Shown in pieces: positions 35,916 to 45,602 of a stretch of 64,000 bases of DNA. The notes below the pieces were generated by a model. It was not told the DNA's origin. It did not search any database and saw only the letters and a program-made list of their open reading frames with translations. The DNA comes from Steroidobacteraceae bacterium (GTDB lineage: Bacteria; Pseudomonadota; Gammaproteobacteria; Steroidobacterales; Steroidobacteraceae). Both the position numbers and the translations under genes were made by a program. The DNA lies in the NCBI GenBank assembly GCA_035710545.1, contig DASTDD010000214.1:895-64894 (forward strand). Direction: 5' to 3'. The first letter of the stretch is position 1, and the number at the start of each line of letters is the position of its first letter.

Positions 35916-37590
35916 AAAAAAGCCCCACCACCCGGCCGTTCTCGTCGATGTCGATCGAGTTGGCCGCGGGCACCGCCGGCAGGCCCGGCATGGTCATGAT
36001 GTCGCCGCAGATCATCACGATGAACTCCGCGCCGGCGGCCAACCGCACCTCGCGGATGATGACTACGTGATGCGAAGGCGCGCCGCGCAGCTTGGGATCA
36101 GTACTGAATGAGTATTGCGTCTTGGCGACGCATACCGGGTAGTGCCCATAGCCGGAATGCTGCAGGCGATCGATCTGTGCGCGAACCTTCGCATCCGCGT
36201 CCACGTCGGACGCGTTATATACCTTCGTCGCAATCGTTCTGATCTTTTCCCAGAGGGTGGCGTGCTCGTCATAGACGAACCTGAAGTCATTCGGCTGCTC
36301 GCACAGCCGCACGACCTCGTTCGCGATGTCCACTGCGCCCTGACTTCCTTCGGCAAAATGGCGACCGAGAACAACCTTGACTCCCAGGGGCTCAACCAGG
36401 TCCACCAACCTCTGCACCTCGCGCGCGGTGTCTTCGGCGCGATGGTTGATGGCGACCACGCAGGGCAGGCCGTAACGGCTGCGCACGTTTTCCACGTGCC
36501 GCCGGAGATTGGAGATCCCCTCCTCCAGGGCGCCCAGATTCTCCTTGCCGAGATCGGCGACCTCGACCCCGCCGTGGTACTTGAGGGCCCTCACCGTCGC
36601 GACGATCACCGCCGCGGAAGGCCGGAGGTTCGCCTTGCGGCACTTGATGTCCACGAACTTCTCCGCGCCCAGATCGGCGCCGAAGCCTGCCTCCGTCACC
36701 ACGTAATCAGCCAGCTTCAGCGCGGTGCGTGTGGCGACCACTGAGTTGCAGCCGTGCGCGATGTTGGCGAACGGCCCCCCGTGGATGAAGGCCGGATTGT
36801 TCTCCAGGGTCTGCACCAGATTGGGAGCCAGCGCGTCCTTCAGCAGCACCGTCATGGCGCCATGCGCCTTGAGATCCTTGGCGAGAATCGGCTTCTGCGC
36901 GGTCGTGTAGCCGACCACGATCTTGCCCAGGCGCTCGCGCAGATCGGCGAGGCTGGTCGCCAGGCAGAATATCGCCATCACCTCCGAAGCCACCACGATG
37001 TCAAAGCCGTCCTGGCGCGGATAGCCGTTGGCGGGGCCTCCCAGGCCGGCGACAGTCTCGCGCAGCGCGCGGTCATTGACGTCGAGGACGCGGCGGATGC
37101 CGATGCGACGCAGGTCGAAGCCAAGCTGGTTGCCGTGATGGATGTGATTATCGATCAGGGCTGCCAGCAGGTTGTTGGCGAGCGCGATGGCGGCGAAATC
37201 GCCCGTGAAGTGCAGGTTGATGTCCTCCATCGGCACGACCTGGGAATAGCCGCCGCCGGCCGCTCCGCCCTTCATGCCGAACACCGGGCCCAGCGCCGGC
37301 TCACGCAGGCAGATGAGCGTCTTGCGGCCGGTGAAATTCAGCGCATCGCCCAGCCCCACCGTGGTCGTGGTCTTGCCCTCGCCTGCCGGCGTCGGCGAGA
37401 TGGCCGTGACCAGGATGAGCTTGCCGTCCGGACGGCTTTCGAGCTGGCGCACGCAATCGAGAGAAACCTTGGCCTTGTAGCGGCCGTACAGCGACAGGCT
37501 GTCTTCGGGCAATCCCAGGCGCTCACGGGCCACCTGGACAATCGGGTGCATCTTCGCGCGCTGCGCGATCTCGATGTTTCGCAGTGTCAT
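35914..37590 (-). CDS. fhs: Formate--tetrahydrofolate ligase
   Basis: Full-length 558 aa with [14 protein letters not shown] (P-loop), [10 protein letters not shown] and the characteristic C-terminus. Confidence 0.95.
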   Translation of the reverse strand: MTLRNIEIAQRAKMHPIVQVARERLGLPEDSLSLYGRYKAKVSLDCVRQLESRPDGKLILVTAISPTPAGEGKTTTTVGLGDALNFTGRKTLICLREPALGPVFGMKGGAAGGGYSQVVPMEDINLHFTGDFAAIALANNLLAALIDNHIHHGNQLGFDLRRIGIRRVLDVNDRALRETVAGLGGPANGYPRQDGFDIVVASEVMAIFCLATSLADLRERLGKIVVGYTTAQKPILAKDLKAHGAMTVLLKDALAPNLVQTLENNPAFIHGGPFANIAHGCNSVVATRTALKLADYVVTEAGFGADLGAEKFVDIKCRKANLRPSAAVIVATVRALKYHGGVEVADLGKENLGALEEGISNLRRHVENVRSRYGLPCVVAINHRAEDTAREVQRLVDLVEPLGVKVVLGRHFAEGSQGAVDIANEVVRLCEQPNDFRFVYDEHATLWEKIRTIATKVYNASDVDADAKVRAQIDRLQHSGYGHYPVCVAKTQYSFSTDPKLRGAPSHHVVIIREVRLAAGAEFIVMICGDIMTMPGLPAVPAANSIDIDENGRVVGLF

Positions 37591-37732
37591 CGGCTCACTC
37601 TTGTTCTGGTTGATCCGCCTACATTACCCGGCCGGCGTCTTCCGGTACATGGCCACACCGGCGCCTGCGCCGAGGTTGCGTGTCCGAGTCGTGCCGTGAT
37701 TCCATTCGGCCGGTCCATCGTCGCCCGGGTCT

Positions 37733-38158
37733 GTGCCGCCCATGCTGTGGCTGAAAGCCTTCCACATCGTCTTCGTGGTCACCTGGTTTGCCGGGCTGTT
37801 CTACCTGCCGCGGCTCTTCGTATATCACGCCGCGGCGACGGATGCCGTCGGGCTGGAACGCTTCGGTGTCATGGAACGGCGTTTGTTCGGGATCATGACG
37901 ATCGGAGCGTCTTTTGCGATCCTGTTCGGTCTTCTCATGGTCGCTGTCTCGCCCGCTTACCTGCAGACTGGTTGGCTTCGGGTGAAGCTGGCTCTGGTGC
38001 TCGTGCTGATCGGCTATCACCTGTGGTGCCGTGCCCTCATGGTCGAGCTGCGCGAGGGGCGCAGCACGCACTCTCCGCGCTGGTACCGGATCTTCAATGA
38101 AATGCCCGCGTTGCTGCTCATCGCGATAGTGGTGCTCGCTGTAGTCAAGCCCTGGTGA
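37733..38158 (+). CDS. hemJ: Protoporphyrinogen IX oxidase HemJ (UPF0093)
   Basis: MLWLKAFHIVFVVTWFAGLFYLPRLFVYHA, 4 TM segments, 141 aa. Confidence 0.85.
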   Translation: MPPMLWLKAFHIVFVVTWFAGLFYLPRLFVYHAAATDAVGLERFGVMERRLFGIMTIGASFAILFGLLMVAVSPAYLQTGWLRVKLALVLVLIGYHLWCRALMVELREGRSTHSPRWYRIFNEMPALLLIAIVVLAVVKPW

Positions 38159-38266
38159 TCGACCCGAGGTTGACGGATCCGCGAGCCGGGCCGGATGTAG
38201 CCAAACTGCAACAGCCGCTGCAGGTCCTGGCTAAAATGCGTTGAGCCGCTCGAGGTCGCCTGCCAA

Positions 38267-39979
38267 GTGAAGGTTCGCTCCCGCCTGTTCTCTCTCGTGT
38301 CTTCCTCGTGGCGCGACTCCCCTACGCTCGCGCCTTTCCACTCGCGGATCTTCGCGGCCATCTGGACTGCGAGCCTCATTTCGAACTTCGGCAGTTTGAT
38401 CCAGGCGGTGGGTGCCGCCTGGCTCATGACTTCAATCGCGCCCACTGCCGACATGGTGGCGCTGGTGCAGGCATCGACGACCCTCCCGATCATGTTGCTG
38501 TCGCTGCCGTCGGGCGCGACGGCGGATATCTGGGACCGACGCCTGGTGATGATCATCGCCCAGGCGCTCATGCTGTTGGTTGCGGGAGCTTTGAGTGTCA
38601 TCGGCTTCCTGGGTTTGATCACGCCATGGCTGTTGCTGGCGCTGACGTTCCTGATCGGTTGCGGAACCGCTCTGTACGGTCCGTCCTGGCAGTCTTCGGT
38701 CGGCGAGCAGGTGCCACGTGCCAATCTGCCATCGGCCGTAGCCCTGAACAGCCTGGCTTTCAATCTGGCTCGCGCCGCGGGACCGGCGATCGGCGGCATC
38801 ATCGTTGCGCAGGCCGGCCCTCCCGCCGCATTTCTGATCAATGCGCTGTCGTACGTCGGGCTCATCGTTGTGCTGGCACTGTGGCGCCGGCCACAGCCTG
38901 CAGCGTTCCTGCCGCCCGAAAACGTTTTCATGGCCATCGGAGCCGGCGTGCGCTACGCGCGCCTTTCCCCCGATATCCGCACGGTGCTGGTGCGTGGCCT
39001 GGTGTTTGGCCTGCTCGGCAGCAGCGTCTGGGCGCTCATGCCGCTGATTGCACGAGACCTGATAGGCGGCAACGCAGTCACCTATGGCGTGCTGCTGGGA
39101 GCGTTCGGGAGCGGCGCCGTGATTGGCGCGCTGGGTTCCGCATCTTTGCGGGAGCGATTCACAAACGAGCAGATCGTGTGGGCTTCGACAGCCGGATTTG
39201 GCGCCGCCGGAGTCGTAACTGCGGTCAGCTCCTGGCACGCCCTGAGCATGGTTGCCCTCATGCTCGGCGGTGCCTGCTGGGTACTGGCGTTGTCCACGTT
39301 CAACGTGACGGTCCAGACTTCCTCACCCCGATGGGTCGTCGGCCGGACCGTGGCTATCTATCAGATGGTCACATTCGGCGGGCTGGCGATCGGTAGCTGG
39401 ATCTGGGGTGAGGTCGCCAGTCAGTTCGGCCTTGCGCGCTGCCTGGCGCTTTCCGGCGTCCTCATGGTTGTGTCCGCCCTCCTTGGCCGCTGGCTTCCGT
39501 TGCGTCAGCCGGAGGGACTCAACCTCGATCCCTCGCGCACCTGGTCCTCCATCAACAAGGCGCAGCTCGAGAAGCTCAGGGACAGTGACCCGGTAGTCGT
39601 CACTGTCGAGTATCGGATCGCCCCCGAGGATGCGGTGGCATTTCGCGATGCCATGCGGGAGTTGCGGCGCGTGCGGCGCCGCGACGGCGCGCGGCGGTGG
39701 TCGCTGATGCAGGACCTGGCGGCACCCGAGATCTGGCTCGAGCGCTATCACAGCCCGAACTGGGTCGAGCACCTCCGCCGCCATCATCGCTTCACGGTCG
39801 CCGACCAGGAGATCGAGCAGCGCGCCCTGGCCTTTCATCGGGGTCAGGAGCCACCCCGCGTGCGCCACCTCATCGAGCGCCGGCTCGGCGAATCGATGAG
39901 CGAGCGCAGCGCAGCGACCGATCCCAACCTGCCCTCAGGGCAGGTTTCGATCGCCAGCAGCGGCGACGACGAGAACTAG
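38267..39979 (+). CDS. MFS transporter (MFS_3/EntS-like) with a soluble C-terminal extension of about 150 aa
   Basis: FRIFAAIWTASLISNFGSLIQAVGAAWLM start and 12 TM segments. The tail VVVTVEYRIAPEDAVAFRDAMRELRRVRRRDGA resembles an ABM/Dabb-like fold. Confidence 0.8.
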   Translation: MKVRSRLFSLVSSSWRDSPTLAPFHSRIFAAIWTASLISNFGSLIQAVGAAWLMTSIAPTADMVALVQASTTLPIMLLSLPSGATADIWDRRLVMIIAQALMLLVAGALSVIGFLGLITPWLLLALTFLIGCGTALYGPSWQSSVGEQVPRANLPSAVALNSLAFNLARAAGPAIGGIIVAQAGPPAAFLINALSYVGLIVVLALWRRPQPAAFLPPENVFMAIGAGVRYARLSPDIRTVLVRGLVFGLLGSSVWALMPLIARDLIGGNAVTYGVLLGAFGSGAVIGALGSASLRERFTNEQIVWASTAGFGAAGVVTAVSSWHALSMVALMLGGACWVLALSTFNVTVQTSSPRWVVGRTVAIYQMVTFGGLAIGSWIWGEVASQFGLARCLALSGVLMVVSALLGRWLPLRQPEGLNLDPSRTWSSINKAQLEKLRDSDPVVVTVEYRIAPEDAVAFRDAMRELRRVRRRDGARRWSLMQDLAAPEIWLERYHSPNWVEHLRRHHRFTVADQEIEQRALAFHRGQEPPRVRHLIERRLGESMSERSAATDPNLPSGQVSIASSGDDEN

Positions 39980-40044
39980 GCGGGCCCACGCGGTCCGAGC
40001 GCGCGCCGGGGGCTTGCGAATTATGTGAAATGGCGCCGCCAGAT

Positions 40045-40058
40045 GTCACATCTGTGAC
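40045..40058. promoter_or_regulatory. Palindrome GTCACA-TC-TGTGAC upstream of the PAS-GGDEF-EAL gene
   Basis: 6-bp arms with a 2-bp spacer, 36-60 nt upstream of the candidate starts. Possible operator. Confidence 0.2.
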
Positions 40059-40093
40059 GAAGCACTGACGGCAACCTGCGCCGAATTGATACG

Positions 40094-42268
40094 GTGGGCG
40101 CTGCCGAATCGGCGCTTCACATGAACACGGCGCTCTTACTGCAGTCCCCATCCCCGTCGTCTGGGTCCGAGGCCGACAACGCCCAGGACAACGCGCGGAT
40201 GCTCAAAACGCTGCTCGCCAACGTGGAAGGCATGGTCTATCGGCGGCGGCTCGACGCTGCCTGGACGATGGAGTTCGTCAGCAGCGGTTGTCTCAGGGTG
40301 ACCGGCCGGCAACCCGCCGAACTGTTGAGCGGCGCCGGCATTTCGTACGGCGAGCTGCTGGTTCCCGAGGATCGCATGTGGGTCTGCGAGGCGATTCGCT
40401 GTGCCGTCGAAGAGGGCCGCGCATTCGACCTGGAATACCGGATCGTGCATGGCGACGGCGCCATCCGCTGGGTCTGGGAGCGGGGCGCCGGCGTGGCGGA
40501 TGAGCATGGCCGCCCTTGCGCTCTGGAAGGACTGATAGAGGACATCACCAAGCGCAAGAGCGCAGAGCACGCGTTGCGCGAGGCCGAGCGGCGCTATCAC
40601 GGTCTGTTCGATAACGCCATCGAGGGCATCTTCCGAACCAGCACCGACGGGCAGTTTCTCGATGCCAACCCGGCGCTCGCGCACATCTACGGCTTCGAGT
40701 CTCCGGAAGAGCTGATGCGGTGGGTGCGCGACATCGGCAGCCAGCTTTACGTGGAGAAACAGCGCCGCGAAGAGTTCATTCACATGATCAGGGCTCGCGG
40801 CTCGGTGACCGGCTTCGAGTCGCAGGTTTACCGCAAGAACGGCGACGTCATCTGGATCTCCGAGAATGCGCGCGCCGTTCTGGCTGAGGACGGACGGTTG
40901 ATCGGCTACGAGGGTACGGTCGAGGACATCACCGAACGCCGCCTCTATCAGGTCCGCATCGAGCATCAGGCCAATTACGACACGCTCACCGGCCTCGCCA
41001 ACCGCTCTCTGCTGCAGGACCGTCTGCAGCAGGCGCTGCTCACGGCGGCCAGCTCGGACCGCCGCATCGCGGTCGCGTTCGTGGACGTGGATCGCTTCAA
41101 ATTCATCAACGACAGCCTGGGCCATCATTTCGGCGACGAGTTGCTGAAGACGGTGGCCGCACGCCTGCGCTCGTGCGTGCGCGACTGCGACACGGTCGCT
41201 CGCCTCGGCGGCGACGAGTTCGTCCTGCTGATCAACGGACACGGCGGTCCTGACTCGGTCCGTCAACTCATGGCCCACATGCTCTCGGTCCTGTCGCAGC
41301 CCTGGGTCATCGAGCAAGGCGAGTTCCTCGTCAGCTGCAGCATTGGAGTGGCCCTTCATCCTGAGGACGGCGAGGAGGCGCTCACTCTGCTGAAGCACGC
41401 CGACTCGGCGATGTACCGCGCCAAGGACAGTGGGCGCAACAACTTTCAGTTCTTCACGCGTGAGCTCAACGCCGTCATGACAGAGCGGCTCGAGCTGGAG
41501 ACACACCTGCGCCGCGCGCTCGAGCGCAACCAGTTCGTGCTGCGCTACCAGCCGCGAGTCAACCTGGCGACCGGGCAGATCGTCGGCGCGGAGGCGTTGC
41601 TGCGTTGGCGGATTCCCCAGCGCGGCACGATCGCGCCGCGCCGCTTCATCTCGCTCGCGGAGGAGACCGGGCTGATCGTCCCGATCGGCAAGTGGGTGCT
41701 GCAGAGCGCCTGCGCGCAGAACAAGGCCTGGCAGGATGCGGGTCTGCCGCCGATCGTCGTCTCGGTGAACGTGTCGCCGCGACAGTTTCGCCAGGAGAAT
41801 CTCGTCCAGACCGTGGCGGAAGTGCTGCAGACCACCGGCCTCGACCCGCATTTCCTCGAGCTGGAGCTCACCGAGAGCATGGTCATGCACGATGCGCCGC
41901 AGCTCGTCGCCATGCTCGATGAGCTCAAGAAACTCGGCGTACAGATGGCGGTCGACGACTTCGGCACCGGCTATTCGAGCCTGTCGTACCTGAAGCGTTT
42001 TCCCGTCGACCGCCTGAAGGTCGACCGTTCCTTCGTGGTGCACATGTCCAGCGAGCCGGATGACGCCACGATCGTCCGCGCCATCATCGCACTCGGCCAC
42101 AACCTGGGACTGAAAGTCGTAGCCGAGGGGGTCGAGTCGGCACAGCAGCACCGCGCCCTGCGCGCCTACCAGTGCGACGAGGCACAAGGCTTCCTCTTCA
42201 GCCGACCCGTCTCGGCGCGCGACCTGCCGCGGCTGCTGAGCAGATCGAAATCCGACCCTCGAGCCTGA
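40094..42268 (+). CDS. PAS-PAS-GGDEF-EAL signalling protein (c-di-GMP turnover)
   Basis: Two PAS modules, RLGGDEF, and EAL (EALLRW...DDFGTGYSSLSYL...KVDRSF). The start is uncertain (GTG at 40094 or ATG at 40121). Confidence 0.9.
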   Translation: MGAAESALHMNTALLLQSPSPSSGSEADNAQDNARMLKTLLANVEGMVYRRRLDAAWTMEFVSSGCLRVTGRQPAELLSGAGISYGELLVPEDRMWVCEAIRCAVEEGRAFDLEYRIVHGDGAIRWVWERGAGVADEHGRPCALEGLIEDITKRKSAEHALREAERRYHGLFDNAIEGIFRTSTDGQFLDANPALAHIYGFESPEELMRWVRDIGSQLYVEKQRREEFIHMIRARGSVTGFESQVYRKNGDVIWISENARAVLAEDGRLIGYEGTVEDITERRLYQVRIEHQANYDTLTGLANRSLLQDRLQQALLTAASSDRRIAVAFVDVDRFKFINDSLGHHFGDELLKTVAARLRSCVRDCDTVARLGGDEFVLLINGHGGPDSVRQLMAHMLSVLSQPWVIEQGEFLVSCSIGVALHPEDGEEALTLLKHADSAMYRAKDSGRNNFQFFTRELNAVMTERLELETHLRRALERNQFVLRYQPRVNLATGQIVGAEALLRWRIPQRGTIAPRRFISLAEETGLIVPIGKWVLQSACAQNKAWQDAGLPPIVVSVNVSPRQFRQENLVQTVAEVLQTTGLDPHFLELELTESMVMHDAPQLVAMLDELKKLGVQMAVDDFGTGYSSLSYLKRFPVDRLKVDRSFVVHMSSEPDDATIVRAIIALGHNLGLKVVAEGVESAQQHRALRAYQCDEAQGFLFSRPVSARDLPRLLSRSKSDPRA

Positions 42269-42865
42269 TCAACGCGAAGCGCTCTTCGCCCCCACGGGTC
42301 CCGCCCAATTTCGCACGAACTGCTGCCAATCGGGACGAGCCGGTGCCTGCGCAGGCTGTGCAGACCTGTCCTCGCTGCCCAGGTACAGAAACCCCACGAT
42401 CGCGTCCTTGCTTTCGAGATCCAGAGCAGCCTTCACAGCATCATCGTAGGCCGCGCCACCGGTTTTCCACATCGCATTGAACCCAAGAGCGCACGCTGCG
42501 AGCAGCACGGCGTGTGCTGCCGCGCCGGCCGAGAGAATCTGCTCAACGGGCGGAATTTTCGCGACCGGTACGATGATGGCCGCCACTACGATCACGACGG
42601 GCGCCCGAAACGCCTTGCGCCGCTCCCGCTCGATGGCCTCCTCCGTCACAGTGCCCCGGCTGCGGCGCAATTGGTCCGCCAGTAATTCCCCGAGCTGGGC
42701 GCGGCCTGCATCGCGGATCACGATGAAACGCCACGGGCGCAGGCGGCCGTGATCGGGCGCGCGCACGGCGCTCTGAAGCATGAGCCCGAGCGCCGCATCG
42801 TCCGGCGCCGGCTCCGCCAGTGCGCGTGCCGAGCGCCGTTGCAACAGGGCTTCGATCGCTTGCAT
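42269..42865 (-). CDS. NAD(P)H nitroreductase family protein (YdjA-like)
   Basis: AIEALLQRRSARAL...AVRAPDHGRLRPWRFIVI... nitroreductase fold, 198 aa. Confidence 0.8.
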   Translation of the reverse strand: MQAIEALLQRRSARALAEPAPDDAALGLMLQSAVRAPDHGRLRPWRFIVIRDAGRAQLGELLADQLRRSRGTVTEEAIERERRKAFRAPVVIVVAAIIVPVAKIPPVEQILSAGAAAHAVLLAACALGFNAMWKTGGAAYDDAVKAALDLESKDAIVGFLYLGSEDRSAQPAQAPARPDWQQFVRNWAGPVGAKSASR

Positions 42866-42945
42866 GGGTAACCTTTGGATGGTCGGAATCTTTCATTCTC
42901 CCACGTCATCGCCGGCTGACACACCCGCGATGGCGCCACTGATTC

Positions 42946-43614
42946 GTGGCAAACTGGCGCACCGCGGGTGCAACGCCCGCGAACGAGCCTGCCGTGGCGA
43001 GCAATCTGCAAACTCTCTCCGAAGCCTGCGAGCGCAACAAGGCGCCCATTCTGGGCATCCTGAGCACCGCTTTCGCACACACCCGCGCGGTCCTGGAGGT
43101 TGGCAGCGGCACCGGCCAACACGCGGTCTACTTTGCGGCGAACCTGCCACATCTCATCTGGCAGCCGAGTGATACTCGCGAATACCTTCCCGGGCTGCGC
43201 GAGCGGACCCGGCTCGAGGGAGGCCCGAATCTGTGCGAGCCGATCGAGCTCGATGTACGCGTGCAGCCGTGGCCCGTCGGACCGGTCGAGGGACTCTTCA
43301 GCGCAAACACTCTGCACATCATGAGCTGGAGCAGCGTGCAGGAATTTTTTCGCGGCGCGGGCGCGGTGCTGTCGGGCCCCGCGGTAGTGTGCATTTATGG
43401 ACCGTTCCGGTATCGGGGTCGTTACACCAGCGACAGCAATGCCAGCTTCGATGCGTTCTTGCGCGACCGCGATCCCCACAGCGGGATTCGCGATTTCGAG
43501 GCCGTTGACGCCCTCGCCCGAGCCGAAGGGCTTGCGCTGACCGCCGATCATGCGATGGCCGCCAACAACCAGACCCTGGTCTGGAGCAGGTCGGCTCGCA
43601 CCCCCACGGGATAG
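42946..43614 (+). CDS. DUF938 domain-containing (methyltransferase-fold) protein
   Basis: [12 protein letters not shown]...[28 protein letters not shown]...NQTLVW are DUF938 hallmarks. Confidence 0.75.
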   Translation: MANWRTAGATPANEPAVASNLQTLSEACERNKAPILGILSTAFAHTRAVLEVGSGTGQHAVYFAANLPHLIWQPSDTREYLPGLRERTRLEGGPNLCEPIELDVRVQPWPVGPVEGLFSANTLHIMSWSSVQEFFRGAGAVLSGPAVVCIYGPFRYRGRYTSDSNASFDAFLRDRDPHSGIRDFEAVDALARAEGLALTADHAMAANNQTLVWSRSARTPTG

Positions 43615-43651
43615 CTGGAGGCTGCGCCCGGAACCGGAGTACAGTCGTGCG

Positions 43652-44197
43652 ATGGATCAGGGCACACTCCGGGAAATCAGAGATTCGATCCGCACGATTC
43701 CCGACTACCCGAAGCCCGGCGTCCAATTCCGGGACATCACCACCCTGCTGGGAAATGCGCGAGCTTTCCGCCGCGTGGTGGACGAGCTGGTGGAGCCCTG
43801 GACGACTGCGAAGGTCAATCGGGTGGCCGGTATAGAAGCCCGTGGCTTCATCCTCGGGGGCGCGGTGGCGCACCAGCTCGCCGCCGGATTCGTACCCATC
43901 CGCAAGAAGGGCAAGTTGCCGCACACGACCGTGCGGGTAGCCTACTCGCTGGAATACGGCCTGGACGAGATGGAGATGCATCAGGACGCCGTCCAGCCCG
44001 GCGAGCGCATCATTCTGGTGGACGATCTCATCGCAACAGGCGGCACGGCCGAGGCGGCCGTCCGGCTGCTGCGCACCCTGGGCGCCCAGATCCTCGGGGC
44101 CTGCTTCATCATTGACCTGCCGGACCTCGGGGGCACGCGGAAGCTGCAGGCGCTCGGGGTTCCGGTGCGAACCCTGGTCGCTTTCGAGGGTCGCTAG
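43652..44197 (+). CDS. apt: Adenine phosphoribosyltransferase
   Basis: [23 protein letters not shown]...[10 protein letters not shown]...[17 protein letters not shown] motif. Confidence 0.95.
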   Translation: MDQGTLREIRDSIRTIPDYPKPGVQFRDITTLLGNARAFRRVVDELVEPWTTAKVNRVAGIEARGFILGGAVAHQLAAGFVPIRKKGKLPHTTVRVAYSLEYGLDEMEMHQDAVQPGERIILVDDLIATGGTAEAAVRLLRTLGAQILGACFIIDLPDLGGTRKLQALGVPVRTLVAFEGR

Positions 44198-44285
44198 AGC
44201 CTGTGTCGATGCGGCGGGCGCGGCAGGCCAGGTGCCCCAATACGGCGCATAAAGGCGGCATCCGGCGCGACGGCATGGTCGGGGC

Positions 44286-44409
44286 GCCGCAGCGCAGCCC
44301 GTGGCCGCAGCGCAGCCCGTGGCCGCAGCGTAGCCCGTTGCCGCAGCACGCCCCGGGCCCCGCAGCACAGCCCGGGGCCGTAGCACGGCCCGGGGCCCGT
44401 AGCACGGGG
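44286..44409. repeat. Degenerate 18-bp tandem repeat, about 7 copies (GCCGCAGCGCAGCCCGTG decaying to CCGTAGCACGGCCCGGGG)
   Basis: Copies 1-2 are identical (44286-44303 and 44304-44321) and later copies diverge progressively. Intergenic, downstream of apt. Confidence 0.8.
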
Positions 44410-44565
44410 TGCTCGCGCGTGCCGGTCAGGCGGTAGCTGCTGCGGCGTTAACAATTGCTGGAAACTTTGCAGCGGCAATTTCCGTCATAATAGCCAAGCT
44501 GCGGCGGCCCCGGCACTCGAGCCGTCAGCAAGTCCGACCCTCAACCTCTAGTGGAGACCCTCTCG

Positions 44566-44748
44566 ATGCTCAAGCAAGTCGTCGCCGTCCTCAGTCTGAT
44601 CCTGCTCGCGGGACCGGTGCTGGCCGCCGACAACCCGCCGCCCGCCGACCAGTCAGCCAGCGCTCCGGCCAAGAGCGCCAAGAAGCACCACGCGAAGAAG
44701 CACCACAAGGCCGGCGCCAGCACGGATCAGTCTGCGCAGCCGAAGTAA
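44566..44748 (+). CDS. Small secreted protein (60 aa) with a His/Lys-rich tail
   Basis: ATG at 44566 lies 9 nt after GGAG. Signal MLKQVVAVLSLILLAGPVLAA, then SAKKHHAKKHHKAG. Followed by a canonical terminator. Confidence 0.5.
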   Translation: MLKQVVAVLSLILLAGPVLAADNPPPADQSASAPAKSAKKHHAKKHHKAGASTDQSAQPK

Positions 44749-44770
44749 GAACTCCTGTAATGTGTTGGGG

Positions 44771-44797
44771 AGGCCCGCCCTGGCGGGCCTCTTTTGT
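44771..44797 (+). terminator. Rho-independent terminator
   Basis: AGGCCCGCC/GGCGGGCCT stem followed by CTTTTGTT, 23 nt after the stop at 44748. Confidence 0.75.
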
Positions 44798-44973
44798 TCT
44801 CGCACGGGGGCTGCGCGCGGCGTCCCGCGGATCAGGGGGGAGGCGCTCGGGTCGGCAGGCTCCTACAGTCCGGTGGGAGCCCGCGAGTCGCCCCGGTGGT
44901 TTTCGCCGACTGCTGAGCGCACCTCGTGCCCCTAGAGTGAAGCAATTTCCGAGGTTTTTGAAAGGTGAAGTTC

Positions 44974-45252
44974 ATGAAGATGCTCTCGGCCGTGTCCTGT
45001 GCCTTGTTCCTCGTCTCCGTCCTGGGTTGCTCGCAGCAGGCGAGCACTGTTCCCGCGGCCGCGCAGCCCGGCAACCCGCCCTCGGGCAGTGCCGCAACGC
45101 ACAGCTCGGATGTGAATACCTTCGGCGAAAGCAAGGATACGGCGGCGGACGCGGCCCAGGCACGCGCGCAAAGCTGGGGAGGCTCGGGCCAGGATTCGAG
45201 CAAGCCGGCGAACGCCCCCGACCCGGCCAACCAGCCTCCGCCCCGCCAGTAA
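44974..45252 (+). CDS. Small hypothetical lipoprotein (92 aa)
   Basis: ATG at 44974 after AAAGGTGA. Lipobox in MKMLSAVSCALFLVSVLGCSQQ. The mature part is low-complexity and Ala/Pro/Ser/Gln-rich. Confidence 0.5.
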   Translation: MKMLSAVSCALFLVSVLGCSQQASTVPAAAQPGNPPSGSAATHSSDVNTFGESKDTAADAAQARAQSWGGSGQDSSKPANAPDPANQPPPRQ

Positions 45253-45254
45253 CA

Positions 45255-45271
45255 GCAGCGGCGAAGCCGCT
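45255..45271 (+). terminator. Short hairpin after the lipoprotein gene
   Basis: CAGCGGC-GAA-GCCGCTG immediately after the stop, followed by TGTGTA (weak U-tract). Confidence 0.35.
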
Positions 45272-45602
45272 GTGTAGGACCATTCTGACAGGCGTTTCAG
45301 CCGGAGAGCACGCGCGATCCGGCCATGATGGGGTGGCCTGCATTCCCGGGGCGAGCCACTCTCGGGCACCACTGGTTTCGCCGTGCACGCAGGTCATGAC
45401 CGTTCGGGAGCTTTCCTCATTGCTGGCCGTCATTGTCGGCATGCTGCTGGTAATGACGGTCTGAGACTGGCGCCGGATAACCGGCAGTACGATTCGCCGT
45501 CTGGCTGGCGGGTGCAAGGCGCATCTGCTAAACCAGAGCGAGTGGGGGCGCTGGCAAGCGCCCCGCGGGCCCGGCGCGGCGGGCAATTGCGGAGGCGATG
45601 AC

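Noticed and set aside
37591-37732. ZTP (pfl) riboswitch upstream of fhs, a common location for it
   Set aside because: I reverse-complemented the leader and looked for the conserved ACUGGCG / CCGGG core and the 3' CCGCCUGGGC pseudoknot element. Only a loose CGCCGGCCGGG resemblance exists, so I do not support a riboswitch call. A cmscan run would settle it.
40136-42187. 683-aa minus-strand ORF antisense to the PAS-GGDEF-EAL gene
   Set aside because: Same artefact. The composition is low-information (R/A/L/D/H runs) and there is no domain signature, while the sense strand has unmistakable GGDEF and EAL motifs.
44286-44409. The 18-bp repeat array considered as a CRISPR array
   Set aside because: The repeats are directly adjacent with no spacers, the unit is too short, the copies decay, and there are no cas genes in the window.
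44460-44486. ECF-type promoter upstream of the small secreted-peptide gene (GAAAC-N17-CGTC)
   Set aside because: It has two mismatches in the short conserved cores, and the patch could equally be read as a sigma70-like TTGCAG/TAATAG promoter. The evidence is too weak to call.
44409-45464. 351-aa plus-strand ORF spanning the intergenic repeat and both small secreted-protein genes
   Set aside because: It runs through a terminator and through two SD-preceded ORFs in other frames, and its composition is junk-like. Only its last 22 codons (the TM mini-ORF) are discussed, as a separate finding.
45462-45464. The in-frame TGA read as selenocysteine
   Set aside because: Only a 5-bp hairpin (GCCGG-ATAA-CCGGC) follows the codon, which does not resemble a bacterial SECIS element. 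Histidine kinases are not known selenoproteins.
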